Assembly: GCA_002449785.1 (NCBI GenBank)
Contig: DJXP01000035.1
Span: forward strand, 1 to 63,385
Origin: Clostridiales bacterium UBA7001
Lineage (GTDB): Bacteria; Bacillota; Clostridia; TANB77; CAG-508
Direction of reading: 5' to 3'
DNA length: 63,385 nucleotides
Under the pieces are notes generated by a model, which did not search any database, had not been told where the DNA came from, and saw only the letters and a program-made list of their open reading frames with translations. The stretch's first letter is position 1, and every line of letters begins with the position of its first letter. The position numbers and the translations under genes are program-made. Below, in pieces: positions 17,018 through 26,877 of this stretch.

Positions 17018-19252
17018 ATGTTTGCAGAAGTAATAATTAATAGTAATGCTCGAGCATTAAATAAAACATTTGACTATATAGTACCTGTTAATCTTGAAAA
17101 AGATATCAAAATTGGTTCAAGGGTTTTTGTACCCTTTGGAAATGGTTCTAAAATTGATGATGGTTTTGTTATTAATCTAAAAAGTAACTCTGAATTTGCT
17201 AAAAAAGAAATAAAAAAAATTGAACCAGATGATAGCTTAAATGAATTTAAAATAAATTTAGCCAAACTAATGGCTAGAAAGTATTTTTGCAATATTTCAG
17301 ATTGTATAAAGCTAATGCTACCACCGGGTACGAGCAATAAAGATATAATAAACAGGATGAAAGATAAAAAAGGAAATTTTGTTTACTTAAATATTGAATA
17401 TAAAGAACTTCAAGAATTAATTAAATTAAAAAAGATAAAAAGTGAGAAACATATAAGGGTTATAAATTTTTTAGAAAATAATAATGGAATATATAAGTCT
17501 GATTTAGAAGTGCTTACAGATGTTAGTAGTAGTATTATAAAAACTCTTGAGAAAAATGGTTATATTAAAATCGTAGAAGAAAAAATAGAAAGAAATCCAT
17601 TTATTGGTAAAAATATAAAAAGAGATGATGAAAAGGAATTAACCGATGAACAAAAGAGTTGTTTCGAAAGTATAAAAACATCAATTCAAACTGAAAGTTT
17701 TTCATCTAATTTAATTTATGGTATTACTGGTTCTGGTAAAACAGAAATATATCTACAACTCATTAAAGAAGTATTAGATAAAGATAAATCTGCAATTGTA
17801 TTAGTGCCTGAAATTTCTCTTACTCCTCAAATGGTAGATCGATTTTTAGCAAGATTTGGTGAGGAAAATATAGCGGTTTTACATAGTAAGCTTTCAAATG
17901 GAGAAAGATATGATGAGTGGAAAAAAATCAAAAGCAATAGAAAAACTGTTGTAATAGGTGCTAGGTCTGCCATTTTTTCACCTGTAAATAATCTTGGAAT
18001 TATTATAATAGATGAAGAACATGATAGTTCATATAAGTCAGATACTACCCCAAGATATAATGCCAAAGATATAGGAAAATATATGGCTGAAAAAAATAAT
18101 TGTCCACTTGTTTTGGGAAGCGCAACCCCTGATATTGGTACAATGTATTTAGCCAAAAACAAAAAAATTAATTTGTATAGTTTAACTAAAAGAGCTAATA
18201 ATATGAAGCTTCCAAATGTTCAAGTAGTTGATATGAGAAATGAATTAGTTATTGGAAATAAATCTATGATTAGTTTAAAACTACAAGATAAGATTCAAAA
18301 AAATCTTCATAAGCAAAAGCAAACAATTTTATTCTTGAATAGAAGAGGATATTCTACTTTTATTATGTGTAGAGAATGTGGTTTTGTTGCTAAATGTAAG
18401 AATTGTAATATTAGTTTAACATATCATAGAAATATTAATAAACTAAAATGTCACTATTGTGGTTTTGAAACTAGTGTTTTAAAAGAATGTCCAGAATGTA
18501 AAAGTAATAAAATTAAATATTTTGGAACAGGTACGCAAAAATTAGAAGAAGAGGTACATAAACTATTTCCAAAAGCTTCAACTATTAGAATGGATATAGA
18601 TACAGTTAGTAAAAAAAATTCGCATGAAGTAATATTAAATAAATTTAAAAATGAAAAAATAGATATATTAATTGGGACTCAAATGGTAGTTAAGGGTCAT
18701 CATTTTCCAAATGTTACATTAGTAGGAGTAATTACAGCAGACGGATTGCTAAATTTAGAGGATTATAGATCTGCTGAAAAAACTTTTCAAACTTTAGTAC
18801 AAGTTGCTGGAAGATCGGGGCGAGAAGAAGCTGGTGATGTAATAATACAAACATATAATCCAGATCATTATGCAATAATAGATTCTAAAAAACAAGATTA
18901 TGATTTATTTTATAATGAAGAAATTGCATTGAGAAAAATGTTGAATTATCCACCATTTTGCGATATAATTATTATTAATTTTATGGGAACTAATTTAAAT
19001 GAAATTAATAATATATCAAATTTAGTTTATAAAAAAATATATTCTAATAAGCAGAATAAATTAATTATCTTTAAACCAGTTCCATCTCCAATAGACAGAA
19101 TTAACAATAAATATAGATGGAGAATTATAATAAAGTGTAAATTATCTAGTAAAATATTAGATATAATTAATAACGGAATTACTGATGATATTATTTATAA
19201 AAATAATAATACTAGAATTACTGTTGATATTAATCCAAATAGTATGAGTTAG
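17018..19252 (+). CDS. priA: primosomal protein N' (replication restart helicase PriA)
   Basis: GITGSGKTEIY, DEEHD and the Cys-rich zinc-binding insert CRECGF..CKNC..CHYCG..CPEC. Confidence 0.93.
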   Translation: MFAEVIINSNARALNKTFDYIVPVNLEKDIKIGSRVFVPFGNGSKIDDGFVINLKSNSEFAKKEIKKIEPDDSLNEFKINLAKLMARKYFCNISDCIKLMLPPGTSNKDIINRMKDKKGNFVYLNIEYKELQELIKLKKIKSEKHIRVINFLENNNGIYKSDLEVLTDVSSSIIKTLEKNGYIKIVEEKIERNPFIGKNIKRDDEKELTDEQKSCFESIKTSIQTESFSSNLIYGITGSGKTEIYLQLIKEVLDKDKSAIVLVPEISLTPQMVDRFLARFGEENIAVLHSKLSNGERYDEWKKIKSNRKTVVIGARSAIFSPVNNLGIIIIDEEHDSSYKSDTTPRYNAKDIGKYMAEKNNCPLVLGSATPDIGTMYLAKNKKINLYSLTKRANNMKLPNVQVVDMRNELVIGNKSMISLKLQDKIQKNLHKQKQTILFLNRRGYSTFIMCRECGFVAKCKNCNISLTYHRNINKLKCHYCGFETSVLKECPECKSNKIKYFGTGTQKLEEEVHKLFPKASTIRMDIDTVSKKNSHEVILNKFKNEKIDILIGTQMVVKGHHFPNVTLVGVITADGLLNLEDYRSAEKTFQTLVQVAGRSGREEAGDVIIQTYNPDHYAIIDSKKQDYDLFYNEEIALRKMLNYPPFCDIIIINFMGTNLNEINNISNLVYKKIYSNKQNKLIIFKPVPSPIDRINNKYRWRIIIKCKLSSKILDIINNGITDDIIYKNNNTRITVDINPNSMS

Positions 19253-19299
19253 AATTTATAAAGGTTACTTATATTTAAACCTTGGAAAGGAATGAAAAA

Positions 19300-19803
19300 A
19301 TGGCAATAAGAAATTTAAGATATGAAGGAGATGAAATATTAAAAAAACGTGCTAGAGAAATAGAAGTTATTGATGATAAAATTAAAGAACTAGCACAAGA
19401 TATGATGGATACCATGCATAAATGGGATGGACTGGGGCTTGCTGCTCCTCAAGTTGGTATCTTAAAAAGAATAATTGTTATTGATTTATATGAAGAAGGA
19501 ACACAGTTTACTCTAATAAATCCAGTTATTATCAATGAAAAAGGTTTTCAAGAAGTTGAAGAGGGATGTCTTAGTTTCCCTAATAAATTTGGAAAAGTTG
19601 AAAGACCAAAAGAAATTATAGTAGAAGCTCTTAATTTAGATGGTAAAAAAGTAAAAATTAAAGCTAAAGATTTATTAGCACAAGCTTTATCACATGAAAT
19701 AGATCATTTAAATGGTATAGTATTTACAGAAAAAATTAAACCAGGAACTTTAGAGGTTGTTAGTGATGAAGATATAAGGAAAGCTAAAGAAGGGAAAAAA
19801 TAG
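19300..19803 (+). CDS. def: peptide deformylase
   Basis: GLAAPQVG, EGCLSFP and HEIDHLNG motifs. ATG at 19300 follows SD ggaaagg. Confidence 0.93.
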   Translation: MAIRNLRYEGDEILKKRAREIEVIDDKIKELAQDMMDTMHKWDGLGLAAPQVGILKRIIVIDLYEEGTQFTLINPVIINEKGFQEVEEGCLSFPNKFGKVERPKEIIVEALNLDGKKVKIKAKDLLAQALSHEIDHLNGIVFTEKIKPGTLEVVSDEDIRKAKEGKK

Positions 19804-19804
19804 T

Positions 19805-20779
19805 ATGAAAATTGTCTTTATGGGTACACCTGACTTTTCAGTTAAATCATTAGATAAACTAAATAGTAATGGAATAGAAATATGTGCTGTAGTAACAACA
19901 CCTGATAGAAAATCTGGAAGAGGTATGAAGACCATTCCATCACCTGTTAAAGAATATGCCATTAAAAATAATATTAAAATATTTCAACCAGAAAAAATTT
20001 CAAAAAATACTGAATTTAAAGAACAAATTAGGAATATGGAGCCTGATTTAGTTTGTGTAGTATCATATGGAATAATACTTCCTAAATCATTTTTAGAGAT
20101 ACCTAAATATGGATGTATTAATGTTCATCCATCTTTGCTTCCAAAATATAGAGGTTCTGCACCTATACAATGGGCTGTTTTAAATGGAGATAAAAAAACT
20201 GGTGTTACAATAATGTATTTAAATGAAAAAATGGATGCAGGAGATATTATTGTTCAAAAAGAAGTAGACATTGGAGAAAATGAAACAACAGGAGAATTAT
20301 GGGAAAGACTTGGAAGTATAGGAGCTGATTTATTATTAGAAAGTGTAAATAGAATTTCTAATAATACAGCAAAAAGGATCCCACAAGAAGGGGATGTGAC
20401 TTTTGCACCTATGCTAACTAAAGAAATGGCACGAATAGATTGGAGTAAAAATACCAATGAAATAAAAAATTTGGTAAGAGGTTTAAATCCTATAATGGGG
20501 GCTTTTTCTATATTAAATAATAAAAAGATTAAATTTTGGAAAGTAGAAAGAGTTGATGCTAATGAGTATGAAGAAAAATTTAAATTATATGAACATGTTG
20601 AATATAAAAATGCTATAGCAGGAGAAATATTAATTGCCAATGATAAAATGGGGTTATATATAAAAACTATTGATGGAATAATTTCTGTATTAGAAATACA
20701 AGGTGAGAATGCAAAAAAAATGAGTATAGATAATTATTTAAGAGGTAATAAAATTAAAATTGGAGAAAGATTTGAATAA
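19805..20779 (+). CDS. fmt: methionyl-tRNA formyltransferase
   Basis: MKIVFMGTPDF..., NVHPSLLPKYRGSAPIQWA. It forms the def-fmt pair. Confidence 0.93.
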   Translation: MKIVFMGTPDFSVKSLDKLNSNGIEICAVVTTPDRKSGRGMKTIPSPVKEYAIKNNIKIFQPEKISKNTEFKEQIRNMEPDLVCVVSYGIILPKSFLEIPKYGCINVHPSLLPKYRGSAPIQWAVLNGDKKTGVTIMYLNEKMDAGDIIVQKEVDIGENETTGELWERLGSIGADLLLESVNRISNNTAKRIPQEGDVTFAPMLTKEMARIDWSKNTNEIKNLVRGLNPIMGAFSILNNKKIKFWKVERVDANEYEEKFKLYEHVEYKNAIAGEILIANDKMGLYIKTIDGIISVLEIQGENAKKMSIDNYLRGNKIKIGERFE

Positions 20780-20860
20780 TTATTTTTTATATTACTTGTA
20801 AAAAAATAATTATATTGATATACTTAATGTAATTTTTAAAGATAAAAGGAGGCTTTTTTT

Positions 20861-21316
20861 ATGGATGAGAATAATTTAAATAGTGAAAATATTGAAGAAA
20901 ATGTTGATGAAATAACTGTTGAAGGAAACGATACTGTTAAAATTGCAAATGAGGCAGTTGCAACATATGCTGGAATTGCAGTATCTGAGGTTTCTGGAGT
21001 ATATGGTATGTCTGGTGGATTTGCAGGATTAACAGAAGCTTTAAGTGGTAAGAAAAGTTTGACAAAAGGAATAAAAGTTGATGTTGGAGAAAAAGATGCT
21101 AAAATTGATGTTAGTATAATTGTTGAATATGGTGCTAGAATTCCTGATGTTGCTTTTGAAATTCAAACAAAAGTTAAGAAATCTGTTGAGAATATGACAG
21201 GACTAAAAGTATTAGAAGTAAATGTTCATGTACAAGGTGTGCATGCTATTACTGAAAAAGAAGAAAAAGAAGAACCAGTAGAAGTAGTAGCTGAATCAGA
21301 AGAAACAAATGAATAA
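20861..21316 (+). CDS. Asp23/Gls24 family envelope stress protein
   Basis: Asp23 core (IANEAVATYAGIAVSEVSGV...VNVHVQGV). Confidence 0.85.
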   Translation: MDENNLNSENIEENVDEITVEGNDTVKIANEAVATYAGIAVSEVSGVYGMSGGFAGLTEALSGKKSLTKGIKVDVGEKDAKIDVSIIVEYGARIPDVAFEIQTKVKKSVENMTGLKVLEVNVHVQGVHAITEKEEKEEPVEVVAESEETNE

Positions 21317-21340
21317 AATTAATAATGGAAGGAAAATAAG

Positions 21341-21994
21341 ATGAAATTTTTTGATAAATTAGTTTTAAAAATTTTTTCAATAATTATAATTGCATTAACA
21401 ATTACAGTAATTTTAGTAATGACAAATGTTTTATCTATAAATTCAATAAGTGCATTTATTATAAAATTTACAGATTATGAAAATGGTATAAAAATTTTAA
21501 TTGTATGTTTAGCTGTTTTAATGCTACTTGCAATAAAGGGATTGTTTTTTACGAGTAAACCAAATACTCAAAGTTCAAAAGATGGAATTATTTTAGAAAA
21601 TAGTAGTGGGAAACTAATTATTTCAAAAGAAAGTTTGGAAAACTTAATTCATAGTGTTGTAAAAGATGTTCCTGGTGCTGAAACTGTTATGAGTAAAACT
21701 TTTTTAGATAAAGACAAAAACTTAATAGTTTATGTGACCGTTATAGTTAGCAAAGATGTTATGCTAAAAGATATTACTATGGAATTGCAAAATAAAGTCA
21801 AAGATGCAATGAAAAAGACTGCAGATTTAGATGTTAAAGAAGTAAATATAAAAATTAGGAATATTTCTTCTAAGAAAATTAAAGGACTTCCAGAGCCAAG
21901 TACTAGTGAAATTGAGCAAGATGAAAATGATGTTAATGAAACTAATATAGAATTAAATGATGAAGAAAATAATGACAATATTGATAATGAATAA
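21341..21994 (+). CDS. alkaline shock response membrane anchor protein (AmaP-like)
   Basis: Two N-terminal TM helices plus an Asp23-like C-terminal domain. It lies immediately after asp23. Confidence 0.7.
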   Translation: MKFFDKLVLKIFSIIIIALTITVILVMTNVLSINSISAFIIKFTDYENGIKILIVCLAVLMLLAIKGLFFTSKPNTQSSKDGIILENSSGKLIISKESLENLIHSVVKDVPGAETVMSKTFLDKDKNLIVYVTVIVSKDVMLKDITMELQNKVKDAMKKTADLDVKEVNIKIRNISSKKIKGLPEPSTSEIEQDENDVNETNIELNDEENNDNIDNE

Positions 21995-22041
21995 ATTTAT
22001 GATATATAGAAGCATCTATTTTTATTAAGGAGGAATAAAAA

Positions 22042-22284
22042 ATGAATAACGATAAAAATGATTTTGATAATGAAGTGAATGATAATAGCTTAAATAATTT
22101 TCTTCAAAAATATGGAGGAGCAATTATAGGAGCAGTAGTTGCAATACTATTATGTTTTACACAATTATATAAATTAGTTATTATTGTTGTTGTTATAATT
22201 GCAGGTATTTTGGCAGGAAATTATATCCAGAAAAATAAAGATGATGTAAAAGAAAGATTAAAAGAACTTATCGATAAATTTTAG
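22042..22284 (+). CDS. small integral membrane protein (DUF2273-like)
   Basis: 80 aa with two TM helices, in the usual asp23-amaP-DUF2273 trio. Confidence 0.65.
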   Translation: MNNDKNDFDNEVNDNSLNNFLQKYGGAIIGAVVAILLCFTQLYKLVIIVVVIIAGILAGNYIQKNKDDVKERLKELIDKF

Positions 22285-22293
22285 GAGGATAAA

Positions 22294-22722
22294 ATGTTAA
22301 GATCAGCAATGAGGGAATTAGCTTTTAAGTTAGTATATGAACTTGAAGTACAAAAAGAAAATACAGATGAACAGTTTGAATTATTTATTGAAAATAATGA
22401 TGTAAAAGAAGAAAGTGTGATTGAATATTTAAAAGACATTAAACAAGGAATAATTAATAATTCAGATGAAATAAATGAATTAATTAAATCTAATTTAAAA
22501 GATAATTGGAGTTTAAATCGAATTTCTAAAATTAATATAAGCTTAATAAAACTTGCTATTTATGAAATGATATATAAGTCTTTACCATATAAAGTAGCAA
22601 TTAATGAAGTGGTTGAACTAGCTAAGAAATATGCAGATGAATCAGCTCCTGTTTTTATTAATGGAATTTTAGCAAGTATAGTTAAAGAAAAAAACTTGAA
22701 TGGAGAAATTAATGAAAATTAA
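22294..22722 (+). CDS. nusB: transcription antitermination factor NusB
   Basis: RELAFKLVYE...NRISKINISLIKLAIYEM...VAINEVVELAK is the NusB pattern. Confidence 0.9.
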   Translation: MLRSAMRELAFKLVYELEVQKENTDEQFELFIENNDVKEESVIEYLKDIKQGIINNSDEINELIKSNLKDNWSLNRISKINISLIKLAIYEMIYKSLPYKVAINEVVELAKKYADESAPVFINGILASIVKEKNLNGEINEN

Positions 22723-23900
22723 TCCAATTACTGTTACTGAACTTAATAGATATGTTAAAGAAAAAGTAGCGGAAGATGAGTATTTAAATAGTGTTTATGT
22801 GAAAGGAGAAATTTCAAATTTTAAACATCATTATACAGGTCATATGTATTTTACTTTAAAAGATGAAAACTCTTTAATAAAATGTGTTATGTTTAAATCT
22901 CAGACTGCTACTTTAAATTTTATACCTAAAGATGGAATGAAAGTATTAGTTTTAGGCTCAGTTGCTGTATATGAAAGAGATGGAGTTTATCAAATATATT
23001 GTAAAGCTATGCAAGAAGATGGAATGGGGAGCCTCTATATAGCGTATGAAAAGCTTAAGAAAAAGTTGGAGCTTGAAGGACTATTTGATGAAAAACATAA
23101 AAAGAAGATTCCATTTATGCCTAAAATAATAGGTGTACTTACTTCAAATACTGGAGCGGTAATAAGAGATATAATAAATGTATCTACAAGAAGAAATCCA
23201 AATGTTTACATTAGATTATTGCCTGTTCCAGTACAAGGAGAAGGAGCAAGTCAAAAAATTGCTAAAGCAATAAAAATTATGAATGAAAAAAAATTAGCTG
23301 ATGTAATTATTTTAGCAAGAGGTGGGGGATCTTTAGAAGATTTATGGCCATTTAATGAAGAAATAGTTGCTAGAAGTATATATGAATCTGAATTACCAAT
23401 AATTTCGGCTGTTCGGACATGAAACTGATTTTACTATTTCTGATTTTGTAGCTGATTTGAGGGCACCAACACCATCTGCTGCTGCTGAATTAGCTGTAAC
23501 TGATATATCTGAATTACAATATGATATTAATTTATACCAAAGAAGAATGAAAATAGCATTAAAAAGAAAAACAGAAATTATGAGATTAAAATATGAAAAG
23601 TTAATTAATTCTAAAGTATATAAAGAACCTTTTTTAAGAATTAATGATTTATATTTAAGAATAGATAAAAGTGTTAAATCTATTGAAAATATTGCAATGA
23701 GAAAACTAAAAGATTCAAAAATTGATGCAACAAAATTAATTACAAAATTAGATACATTAAGTCCATTAAAAACACTTACAAGAGGATATTCGTTAATTGA
23801 ATATAATAATAACATTATTTCAAAGGCATCTGATTTAAAAAAAGATATGGAAATAGATATTAGATTTCATGATGGAAGTAAACATGCTAAAATACTTTAG
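22712..23900 (+). pseudogene. xseA: exodeoxyribonuclease VII large subunit, interrupted; needs a +1 shift at in-frame CGG 23414-23416
   Basis: The first frame ends ...LPIISAV-R-T-stop. Skipping C23414 gives [27 protein letters not shown], the conserved XseA core. Both halves are otherwise intact (ORFs 22700..23422 and 23457..23900). Confidence 0.9.
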
Positions 23901-23909
23901 GAGGGAAAT

Positions 23910-24410
23910 ATGAATAAAAAAATTGTTTATATAAGTATTTGTATAATACTTATTCTTGTAATAATATTCTTAATGAAAAACAATGGAGGTAATAATATAT
24001 CAAATGAAGTATTAACTGAGAATATTATTGAAGAAAATGTATTAAATGAAGAAGAAAATATTATTGATGAAAATACTACAATAGTTGAAAATGTAATTAA
24101 TAATGTAGCTATTGAAGAAAACAATACAGTTCAAACTATTCAAAATGCTATAGTACAAGATAATTTAATATCATCTCCAGAAAAAAATGCATATGAATCT
24201 GAAAAAGATTTAGGAAGCACTAGTAAAAAACAAGAAGCTATTAATATGGTTAAAGAATATTGGGGAGAAGATAATACAGTAACTTTTTCTTGTGATTCTG
24301 TTACATCTAATGGAGAATATATTATTGCGGTTGTTTCTAAGAATACAGCATCTGTTAGTGGATATTTTAGAGTAAATCTTGAAAAAAAGACTGTTGAAGT
24401 GGACTACTAA
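23910..24410 (+). CDS. membrane-anchored protein of unknown function inserted between xseA and xseB
   Basis: SD ggaggg, N-terminal TM helix, Asn/Glu/Ile-rich linker. Confidence 0.6.
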   Translation: MNKKIVYISICIILILVIIFLMKNNGGNNISNEVLTENIIEENVLNEEENIIDENTTIVENVINNVAIEENNTVQTIQNAIVQDNLISSPEKNAYESEKDLGSTSKKQEAINMVKEYWGEDNTVTFSCDSVTSNGEYIIAVVSKNTASVSGYFRVNLEKKTVEVDY

Positions 24411-24471
24411 AGGCTGTATGATAGTGTTTGTACTTGTTTTAAACTAATTTAAGATTGGATGGTAAATAAAT

Positions 24472-24705
24472 ATGGCAAAAAAGGAAGATATGAATTTTGA
24501 AGATGTTTTAAAAAAATTAGAAGATATTACTAATAAATTAGAAAAAGAATCTCTTACATTAGATGAATCTGTAAAGCTTTTTGAAGAAGGAACAGAGCTT
24601 TCAAAAAAATGTAATGAAATCTTGGAAAATGCAGAAAAAAGAATTACAATTTTATTAAATGAAAATGGAGAAATTAAGGAGGATAGCTTTACAGCTGAAG
24701 ACTAA
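24472..24705 (+). CDS. xseB: exodeoxyribonuclease VII small subunit
   Basis: FEDVLKKLEDITNKLEKESLTLDESVKLFEEG is the XseB pattern. Confidence 0.9.
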   Translation: MAKKEDMNFEDVLKKLEDITNKLEKESLTLDESVKLFEEGTELSKKCNEILENAEKRITILLNENGEIKEDSFTAED

Positions 24706-24706
24706 T

Positions 24707-25147
24707 ATGAATTTTTTTGAAGAAATAATAACTAATAAGTGTATATACATTCCATTTTTATTATGGTTTTTTATACAACTTTTTAAATTTTTAACAGATT
24801 TAATAGTTAATAAAAGAATTAATATAAAGAGAATTATGGGAGCAGGTGGGATGCCAAGTTCACATTCTGCTGTTGTAAGTTCACTTGCTATATTAATTGG
24901 TAAAGATTATGGATTTAATTCAGGTGTTTTTGCTTTATCACTTATTATGGCTTTTGTTGTGATGTATGATGCAGCTGGGATTAGAAGAGCAGCAGGAAAG
25001 CAAGCTACGATATTAAACAGAATATTAGAAACACCTGGACTTACTACTGGTGAAGTACAAGAAAAATTAATAGAGGCATTGGGACATACACCAATACAAG
25101 TTTTTGTAGGAGCAATTATAGGGGTAATAGTTGGAGCTATAGTATAA
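24707..25147 (+). CDS. divergent PAP2/DUF212 (YuiD-like) membrane protein
   Basis: GGMPSSHSAVVSSLA...VMYDAAGIRRAAGKQA motif. ATG at 24707 is directly after the xseB stop. Confidence 0.8.
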   Translation: MNFFEEIITNKCIYIPFLLWFFIQLFKFLTDLIVNKRINIKRIMGAGGMPSSHSAVVSSLAILIGKDYGFNSGVFALSLIMAFVVMYDAAGIRRAAGKQATILNRILETPGLTTGEVQEKLIEALGHTPIQVFVGAIIGVIVGAIV

Positions 25148-25165
25148 AATATAAGGAGGTTTCCT

Positions 25166-26827
25166 ATGACAGATTTAGAAATTTCAAGAACAATTCAACT
25201 TGATAAAATTGTTGATGTTGCTAAAAAAAATGGAATTACAGAAGATGACCTTGAATTATTTGGAAAGTATAAAGCTAAAATCTCAAATGAGTTTATAAAG
25301 AAGAAAGAAAAAGAAAAAGACGGGAAACTTATATTAGTTACAGCAATAAATCCTACTCCACTTGGTGAAGGTAAAACAACAATAGCTATTGGCTTATCTG
25401 ATGCAATAAATAAAATTGGGAAAAAATCTATTTTAGCTTTAAGAGAGCCATCTCTAGGACCTGTTTTTGGTTTAAAAGGAGGAGCAACTGGTGGTGGACT
25501 TGCACAAATTGCTCCAATGGATGATATAAACTTACATTTTACCGGTGATATACATGCAATTACATCTGCGAATAATTTATTAGCTGCTTTAATTGATAAT
25601 CATATTTTTTTTGGTAATAAATTAGGATTTAAAAAAGTTATATGGAAAAGATGCTTAGATTTGAATGATAGAGCTTTACGAGAAGTTGAAATAGGCTTAT
25701 CAGGTGAAAAGAATATGAAACCTAGGAAAGATGGTTTTGATATATCAGTTGCATCAGAAATAATGGCAATTTTCTGTTTATCAGAAAATATTAAAGATTT
25801 GGAAAGAAGATTAGGAAATATAGTATGTGGTTATAATGACTTAGATGAGCCTATATTTGCTAAACAGTTAAAGGCTGAAGGACCGTTAACAGCTATTTTA
25901 AAAGATGCATTAAAACCAAATATTGTACAAACATTAGAACATAATTTAGCAATTGTTCATGGTGGACCATTTGCAAATATTGCACATGGATGTAATAGTG
26001 TAATTGCTACAAAACTTGCATTAAAGCTTGGAGATTATGTAGTTACAGAAGCAGGATTTGGAGCTGATTTGGGTGCTGAAAAATTTGTTAATATTAAGTG
26101 TAGAAAAACGGGGCTTAATCCTTCTGTATGTGTATGTGTTGCTACATTGAAAGCTTTAAAATATCATGGTGGAGTTGGAAAAGATAAGTGCACAGAGGAA
26201 AATTTAGAAGCATTAGAACTAGGAATAGAGAATTTAATTAAACATATTAAAAATATAAAAGAAGTTTTTGGATTAACTCCAATTGTTGCAATTAATAAAT
26301 ATAAAAATGACAGTGAAAAAGAAATAGAATTATTAGAAGAAAAGTTAAACATCTTAAGTATTCCTCTTAGCTTAGCTGATGTGTGGGGTGAAGGTGGAAA
26401 TGGAGCAATTGATCTAGCAAATAAAGTCATTAAGCTTTGTGAAGAAAAAAACAGTATAAAATTTGTTTATGATGATAATGATAATATTAAGACTAAAATA
26501 GAAAAAGTAGCCAAAAATGTATATGGAGCAAAAGGAGTCGAATTTTCAGAAGAAGCAATAGAAAGCATAAATAAAATAGAAAAATTAGGATATAAAAAAT
26601 ATCCAGTATGTATTGCAAAAACACAGTATTCATTTTCAGATGATCCTAAAAACTTATTATGTAATAATCCATTTAATATTCATGTTAGTGAAGTAATACT
26701 AAAAAATGGATCAGAATTTGTAGTTGCAAAAACTGGAAAAATTCATACTATGCCAGGGCTTCCTAAAGTTCCTGCTGCTGAAAACATTAGTGTAAATGAA
26801 AACGAAGAAATAATTGGAATTTTTTAG
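25166..26827 (+). CDS. fhs: formate--tetrahydrofolate ligase
   Basis: PTPLGEGKTTIAIGL, GGPFANIAHGCNS, and a length of 553 aa. Confidence 0.93.
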   Translation: MTDLEISRTIQLDKIVDVAKKNGITEDDLELFGKYKAKISNEFIKKKEKEKDGKLILVTAINPTPLGEGKTTIAIGLSDAINKIGKKSILALREPSLGPVFGLKGGATGGGLAQIAPMDDINLHFTGDIHAITSANNLLAALIDNHIFFGNKLGFKKVIWKRCLDLNDRALREVEIGLSGEKNMKPRKDGFDISVASEIMAIFCLSENIKDLERRLGNIVCGYNDLDEPIFAKQLKAEGPLTAILKDALKPNIVQTLEHNLAIVHGGPFANIAHGCNSVIATKLALKLGDYVVTEAGFGADLGAEKFVNIKCRKTGLNPSVCVCVATLKALKYHGGVGKDKCTEENLEALELGIENLIKHIKNIKEVFGLTPIVAINKYKNDSEKEIELLEEKLNILSIPLSLADVWGEGGNGAIDLANKVIKLCEEKNSIKFVYDDNDNIKTKIEKVAKNVYGAKGVEFSEEAIESINKIEKLGYKKYPVCIAKTQYSFSDDPKNLLCNNPFNIHVSEVILKNGSEFVVAKTGKIHTMPGLPKVPAAENISVNENEEIIGIF

Positions 26828-26847
26828 ATTAATAAAATAGAAAAGAA

Positions 26848-26877
26848 AAATGGAACTGTTGAAGTTCCATTTTTTTA
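26848..26877. terminator. bidirectional terminator between fhs and the convergent gene
   Basis: atggaact-gttga-agttccat hairpin followed by a T-run. Confidence 0.75.
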
